Source: Nautiliaceae bacterium (GTDB taxonomy: Bacteria > Campylobacterota > Campylobacteria > Campylobacterales > Nautiliaceae). From it: DNA of 43,502 bases. Positions 39,137-43,502 of this stretch are shown piece by piece (position 1 is the stretch's first letter; each line of letters begins with the position of its first letter). Location: contig JBDONT010000032.1 in assembly GCA_039831155.1 (NCBI GenBank), positions 1 through 43,502 on the forward strand. Reading direction: 5' to 3'. The translations under genes were made by a program, and so were the position numbers. The notes beneath the pieces are model-generated. The model searched no databases and had not been told where the DNA came from. It saw only the letters and a program-made list of their open reading frames with translations.

Positions 39137-39952
39137 CTATTTTTCTTCCAATAAACGGTTGAAAACTTTAAGAGTCATTTTAACGTCTTCTAAAGCGTCG
39201 TGGTAGTTGACGTTTTGTTTGCCGAAGAAAAATGCCACACACTCTTCAAGACGTGGCATTTTTTTCTTTTCAAGTACAACTACGTCGGCAGAATAGTACA
39301 TCGTATCAAAAAGAGGAATCTCTATAAGATTTGGAAAATGGTCGGCTCTTTCAAGTTCTCTTTTTAAAACTCCAAAATCGTATAATACGTTGTGACCTAC
39401 TACCATATCAAGAGAGTTAAAAATATTTAGTATTTCATCTTTTTTTTCTGCAAATGTGGGTTTGTTTTCTATGTCTTCTTGTTTTATTTTATGTACTTCA
39501 TAAGCTTCCGAGCTTATCTTGGCTTTGGGATTTAGAAAATCGTAAATTTCTTCGGTTGTCATTGACGACATATCCTGAATGACAAAAGCATATGAGATAA
39601 TATATCCGTAAATATCGGTTGTTTCGGTGTCGAATACGCCTATTTTTTGAATTTTGTTTTCTTGTGGAATTTTTGATAAATCATTAATATAATATTTTAA
39701 AAATTCTTTTGTTGAGAAAACTTTTTGTCTTTTGATGGGCTTGAATCTTTGAATTTTTCCTTCTTCTTCCAATACTACAGAAATTAAATAATCGTTATAG
39801 TTTCTAAAAATTACGTTTTCTTTAACGTCTTCTTGTAAACATTTTTGAAGGTAGGATTTGTCCTTTTTTAATTTTTCTATCGCATATTCTCTTGTTTTTT
39901 TGTTAAAAACCGTAGCGAGTCTTAATGTTTCTATTTTTTGAGGTAAATTCAA
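39137..39952 (-). CDS. DEDDh 3'-5' exonuclease (DnaQ-like) with N-terminal extension
   Basis: FDTETT, HNVLYD and HDALED motifs. Confidence 0.88.
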   Translation of the reverse strand: MNLPQKIETLRLATVFNKKTREYAIEKLKKDKSYLQKCLQEDVKENVIFRNYNDYLISVVLEEEGKIQRFKPIKRQKVFSTKEFLKYYINDLSKIPQENKIQKIGVFDTETTDIYGYIISYAFVIQDMSSMTTEEIYDFLNPKAKISSEAYEVHKIKQEDIENKPTFAEKKDEILNIFNSLDMVVGHNVLYDFGVLKRELERADHFPNLIEIPLFDTMYYSADVVVLEKKKMPRLEECVAFFFGKQNVNYHDALEDVKMTLKVFNRLLEEK

Positions 39953-40038
39953 CTTTCACCTTTTTTGTGGAATTATACATTAATTTGTTTTTTCATTCCT
40001 TATTATTTAAGTATAATTACATATAAAAAAGGTATCGT

Positions 40039-43000
40039 ATGCCAAAAAGAGAAGATATTAAAACCATACTGCTTATAGGTTCCGGACCTATCGTAATAGG
40101 ACAAGCTTGTGAGTTTGATTATTCCGGAGTTCAAGCTGCAAAGACTCTTAAATCTCTTGGATACAGAGTTGTTCTTGTGAATTCGAATCCCGCTACTATT
40201 ATGACCGACCCGGAATTTGCCGACGCTACTTATATAGAGCCTATCACTCCTGAAGTTGTTGCCAAAATTATAGAAAAAGAAAATGTGGATGCTATTCTTC
40301 CTACAATGGGAGGTCAAACGGCACTTAATGTTGCAATGGAGATGTATGAAAAAGGAATGCTTGAAGGTATTGAATTTTTAGGTGCCGATCCGGAAGCTAT
40401 TAAAAAGGGTGAAGACAGAGAAGAATTTAAAAAGGCGATTGAGAGAATCGGGCTTGATATGGCTAGAAGCGAAACGGCGCATACATTGGATGAAGCTATA
40501 TCGATTGCTAAAGAGATAGGTTTTCCTTTAATTGTTAGAGCCGCTTACACTTTAGGAGGGCTTGGAAGTGGAGTTGCTTATAATATGGAAGAGTTTGAAG
40601 AACTTGCAAAGACCGGAATAGAGGCAAGTCCTATTAATGAAATAGAGATTTTGGAATCTTTACTTGGTTGGAAAGAATACGAAATGGAAGTTATCAGAGA
40701 TAAAAATGATAACTGTATTATCGTATGTTCTATTGAAAATATCGACCCAATGGGTGTTCATACGGGAGATAGTATTACTGTAGCACCGGCACTTACTTTA
40801 ACCGATAAAGAGTATCAGAAAATGAGAGATGCTTCTTTTGCTATTCTACGTGAAATAGGAGTGGATACCGGTGGTAGTAACGTTCAGTTTGCCGTAAATC
40901 CTAATAACGGCAGAATGATTGTAATTGAAATGAATCCAAGAGTATCTAGAAGCTCTGCTCTTGCTAGTAAAGCGACCGGATACCCTATTGCTAAAATAGC
41001 TACTCTTCTTGCTGTAGGATTTACTCTTGATGAAATAAAAAACGATATAACCGAAACTGCTGCAAGTTTTGAACCGGTAATTGACTATGTAGTTACTAAG
41101 ATTCCTAGATTTACGTTTGAAAAATTCCCTCAAGCAGATTCAACTCTTACGACTTCTATGAAAAGTGTTGGGGAAGTAATGGCAATTGGGAGAACCTTTA
41201 AAGAATCAGTTCAAAAAGCTCTTTATTCTCTTGAAACCGGGCTTGACGGATTTGAAAAAATAGATTGTTCTCAAGAAGAGTTGATAAAAAATATAAGAAC
41301 TCCTAATGAAAACAGACTTTTGTATGTGGCAGAGGCATTTAGAAGAGGTAATAGCGTAGAAGAAGTTTTTGAGCTTTGTAAAATTGACCCTTGGTTTTTA
41401 AATCAAATTAAAGAAATAATCGCACTTGAAAAAGAGATAACACCTGAAATTTTAGAAAATGAGGAATTATTAAGACGGGCTAAAACTTATGGATTTAGTG
41501 ATAGAATGATTGCAAAACTGATAGGTAAGACAGAAGAAGATGTTTATAAGGCAAGAAAAAAATTAGGCGTTGAAATAGACTATAACGAAGTTGATACTTG
41601 TGCGGCCGAATTTGATACGACTACCAGTTATTTATATTCAAGTGTAAATGTAACTAAAAATGTACCTCTTAGAAAAAGTGATTTGGAAAATGATAAAAAA
41701 GTTCTGATTTTAGGAGGAGGACCGAATAGAATAGGTCAAGGGATAGAATTTGATTATTGTTGTGTTCACGCTGCTTTTGCATTGGAAGATTTAGGCGTTA
41801 AGACAATTATGTATAATTGTAACCCGGAAACCGTTTCAACCGATTATGATACGAGTGAAGTGCTATATTTCGAACCTATTACGTTTGAGAGGGTAAGAAA
41901 TGTTGTTGAGGTGGAAAATCCGGATGGTGTTATTGTGCAGTTCGGAGGGCAAACTCCTTTGAAATTAGCAAAAGGTTTAACTAATATTAACGCTAAAATT
42001 ATAGGAACTTCTGCTGAAGTTATAGATACTGCAGAGGATAGAGAAAAATTTTCGACATTTATTGAAGAACTGGGACTTAACCAACCGGCAAACGGTACTG
42101 CTTTTACCAAAGAAGAAGCGTTTAAAATTGCCGAAAATATAGGATATCCTGTGCTTGTTAGACCGAGTTATGTACTTGGTGGAAGGGCGATGAGGATAGT
42201 ATACAATGAAGATGAATTAAAAGAATATATGGATGAAGCAGTTAGCGTAAGTAATGAAAGTCCGGTTTTAATTGATAAATTTCTTGATAGAGCAATTGAG
42301 CTTGATGTTGATGCTATAAGTGATACGAAAGAAGTTTATATCGGTGGAATTATGCAGCATATAGAAGAAGCCGGAATTCATTCGGGGGATAGTGCTTGTA
42401 GTTTACCAAGTGTGAGTATAAGTGAAGAAAAATTAAAAGAGATAGAAAATGCAACAAAACAAATTGCTTTAAAACTTGGGGTTAAAGGTCTTTTAAATAT
42501 TCAATACGCTTTGCATAGGGATAAATTATATTTAATTGAAGTAAATCCAAGAGCAAGTAGAACCGTGCCTTTTGTTAGTAAAGCAACCGGAATACCTCTA
42601 GCTAAAGTAGCTACTAGAGTTATGTGGAATTTAGCATATAACCCTCAAATTAACAACGGTAAAGTTTTAAAAGAAGCACTGGATTTTTATGATAAATATA
42701 AAGTAGTAGAATTTGACGGGAATGTTTATAAACCTAAACAAAAAGGTCATATTGCAGTTAAAGAAGCTGTGTTTCCATTTAATAAGCTTCCGGGAGCTGA
42801 TTTGATTTTGGGACCGGAAATGAAATCGACCGGTGAAGTAATGGGTATAAGTGAAAGTTTTGGAGAAAGTTTTGCAAAAGCTCAGGCAGCGTGTAAAAAC
42901 TTTTTACCAATAAGTGGAAAGGTATTTATTTCTTTAACCGATATTGATAAAGAATTTGCACCTAGATTGGCAAAAGCACTTAAAGAGTTAGGATTTGAAA

Positions 43001-43311
43001 TTGCGGCTACAAGTGGCACTTATAAAGTTATTAATGAAGCTGGAATCGAGTGTGAAAGAGTACTTAAAATAAGTGAGGGTCGTCCTAATGTTGTTGATAT
43101 GATTAAAAATGAAGAAATTGCACTTGTAATTAATACTAGTGATAATAAAGCAAGTAAAGATGACGCAAAAATTATAAGACGTGAAGTTTTAAATCATAGT
43201 ATTCCTTATTTTACTACTATTGCAGCGGCTTTTGCTGCTGTAGAGGCAATTGAATTCCTACAATCAAACAAAGAGAAAGTTAAATCTATCCAAGATTATT
43301 TTAAACAATAA
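40039..43311 (+). CDS. carB: Carbamoyl-phosphate synthase large subunit
   Basis: MPKREDI...[10 protein letters not shown], two ATP-grasp halves and MGS domain. Confidence 0.99.
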   Translation: MPKREDIKTILLIGSGPIVIGQACEFDYSGVQAAKTLKSLGYRVVLVNSNPATIMTDPEFADATYIEPITPEVVAKIIEKENVDAILPTMGGQTALNVAMEMYEKGMLEGIEFLGADPEAIKKGEDREEFKKAIERIGLDMARSETAHTLDEAISIAKEIGFPLIVRAAYTLGGLGSGVAYNMEEFEELAKTGIEASPINEIEILESLLGWKEYEMEVIRDKNDNCIIVCSIENIDPMGVHTGDSITVAPALTLTDKEYQKMRDASFAILREIGVDTGGSNVQFAVNPNNGRMIVIEMNPRVSRSSALASKATGYPIAKIATLLAVGFTLDEIKNDITETAASFEPVIDYVVTKIPRFTFEKFPQADSTLTTSMKSVGEVMAIGRTFKESVQKALYSLETGLDGFEKIDCSQEELIKNIRTPNENRLLYVAEAFRRGNSVEEVFELCKIDPWFLNQIKEIIALEKEITPEILENEELLRRAKTYGFSDRMIAKLIGKTEEDVYKARKKLGVEIDYNEVDTCAAEFDTTTSYLYSSVNVTKNVPLRKSDLENDKKVLILGGGPNRIGQGIEFDYCCVHAAFALEDLGVKTIMYNCNPETVSTDYDTSEVLYFEPITFERVRNVVEVENPDGVIVQFGGQTPLKLAKGLTNINAKIIGTSAEVIDTAEDREKFSTFIEELGLNQPANGTAFTKEEAFKIAENIGYPVLVRPSYVLGGRAMRIVYNEDELKEYMDEAVSVSNESPVLIDKFLDRAIELDVDAISDTKEVYIGGIMQHIEEAGIHSGDSACSLPSVSISEEKLKEIENATKQIALKLGVKGLLNIQYALHRDKLYLIEVNPRASRTVPFVSKATGIPLAKVATRVMWNLAYNPQINNGKVLKEALDFYDKYKVVEFDGNVYKPKQKGHIAVKEAVFPFNKLPGADLILGPEMKSTGEVMGISESFGESFAKAQAACKNFLPISGKVFISLTDIDKEFAPRLAKALKELGFEIAATSGTYKVINEAGIECERVLKISEGRPNVVDMIKNEEIALVINTSDNKASKDDAKIIRREVLNHSIPYFTTIAAAFAAVEAIEFLQSNKEKVKSIQDYFKQ

Positions 43312-43439
43312 TTTTTCCTTTCTTTTTATTTTCCCACAATTTCTCATCAAAAATAAGCTAGGTGTTATATTAATGATGTAAGCGATTTTATTATTAAAAA
43401 ACAAATTTTAAAATTTTTAAAAAATTTTAGAGGAAATAC

Positions 43440-43468
43440 TTGACAAGGGGAGGGAAATATTATATACT
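43440..43468 (+). promoter_or_regulatory. Near-consensus sigma70 promoter, probably of an rRNA/stable-RNA operon
   Basis: TTGACA, 17-nt spacer, TATACT; AT-rich UP-like region upstream; no downstream ORF start in the window. Confidence 0.7.
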
Positions 43469-43502
43469 TTCAATCCTCAAACGGAAGAAGGGGTTTGAGA
43501 GA

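Noticed and set aside
4469-42110. Numerous 60-160-aa antisense ORFs in the ORF track
   Set aside because: They lie opposite well-supported housekeeping genes and lack RBSs or motifs.
1-43502. CRISPR array, tRNA, riboswitch, prophage or integron
   Set aside because: No regularly spaced repeats, cloverleafs, long structured leaders, integrase or phage genes seen; intergenic gaps are very short.

Overview
AT-rich chromosomal window from a Campylobacterota bacterium, most like Nautiliaceae (Nautilia/Caminibacter/Lebetimonas); this is inferred from gene order, extended -10 promoters and protein style. It begins exactly at the left inverted repeat of an IS256-family element and ends at a near-consensus sigma70 promoter, probably of a stable-RNA (rRNA) operon. 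Most of the window is housekeeping: topA, bioB, gltX, PBP1A, bioF, alaS, maf, pglG-like, hisH, hisA, cheY, prmA, ftsH, psd/pssA, leuA, der, trpS, purM, a second psd, carA, uppP and carB. The most unusual signal is in the IS256 transposase. It is split by a 38-nt, 63%-GC double-hairpin micro-insertion (314-351) that lies directly 3' of an in-phase A_AAU_UUU -1 slippery heptamer. A -1 frameshift there would restore a full-length transposase. Other accessory items are a PTS-EIIC/EAL phosphodiesterase fusion, an ABC-ATPase plus TOPRIM (DUF3226-like) candidate defence cassette between hisH and hisA, a second IS remnant disrupted by IS256, an orphan MNT, a two-component pair between alaS and maf, and an unannotated 59-aa membrane protein. 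No tRNA, rRNA body or CRISPR array was seen.
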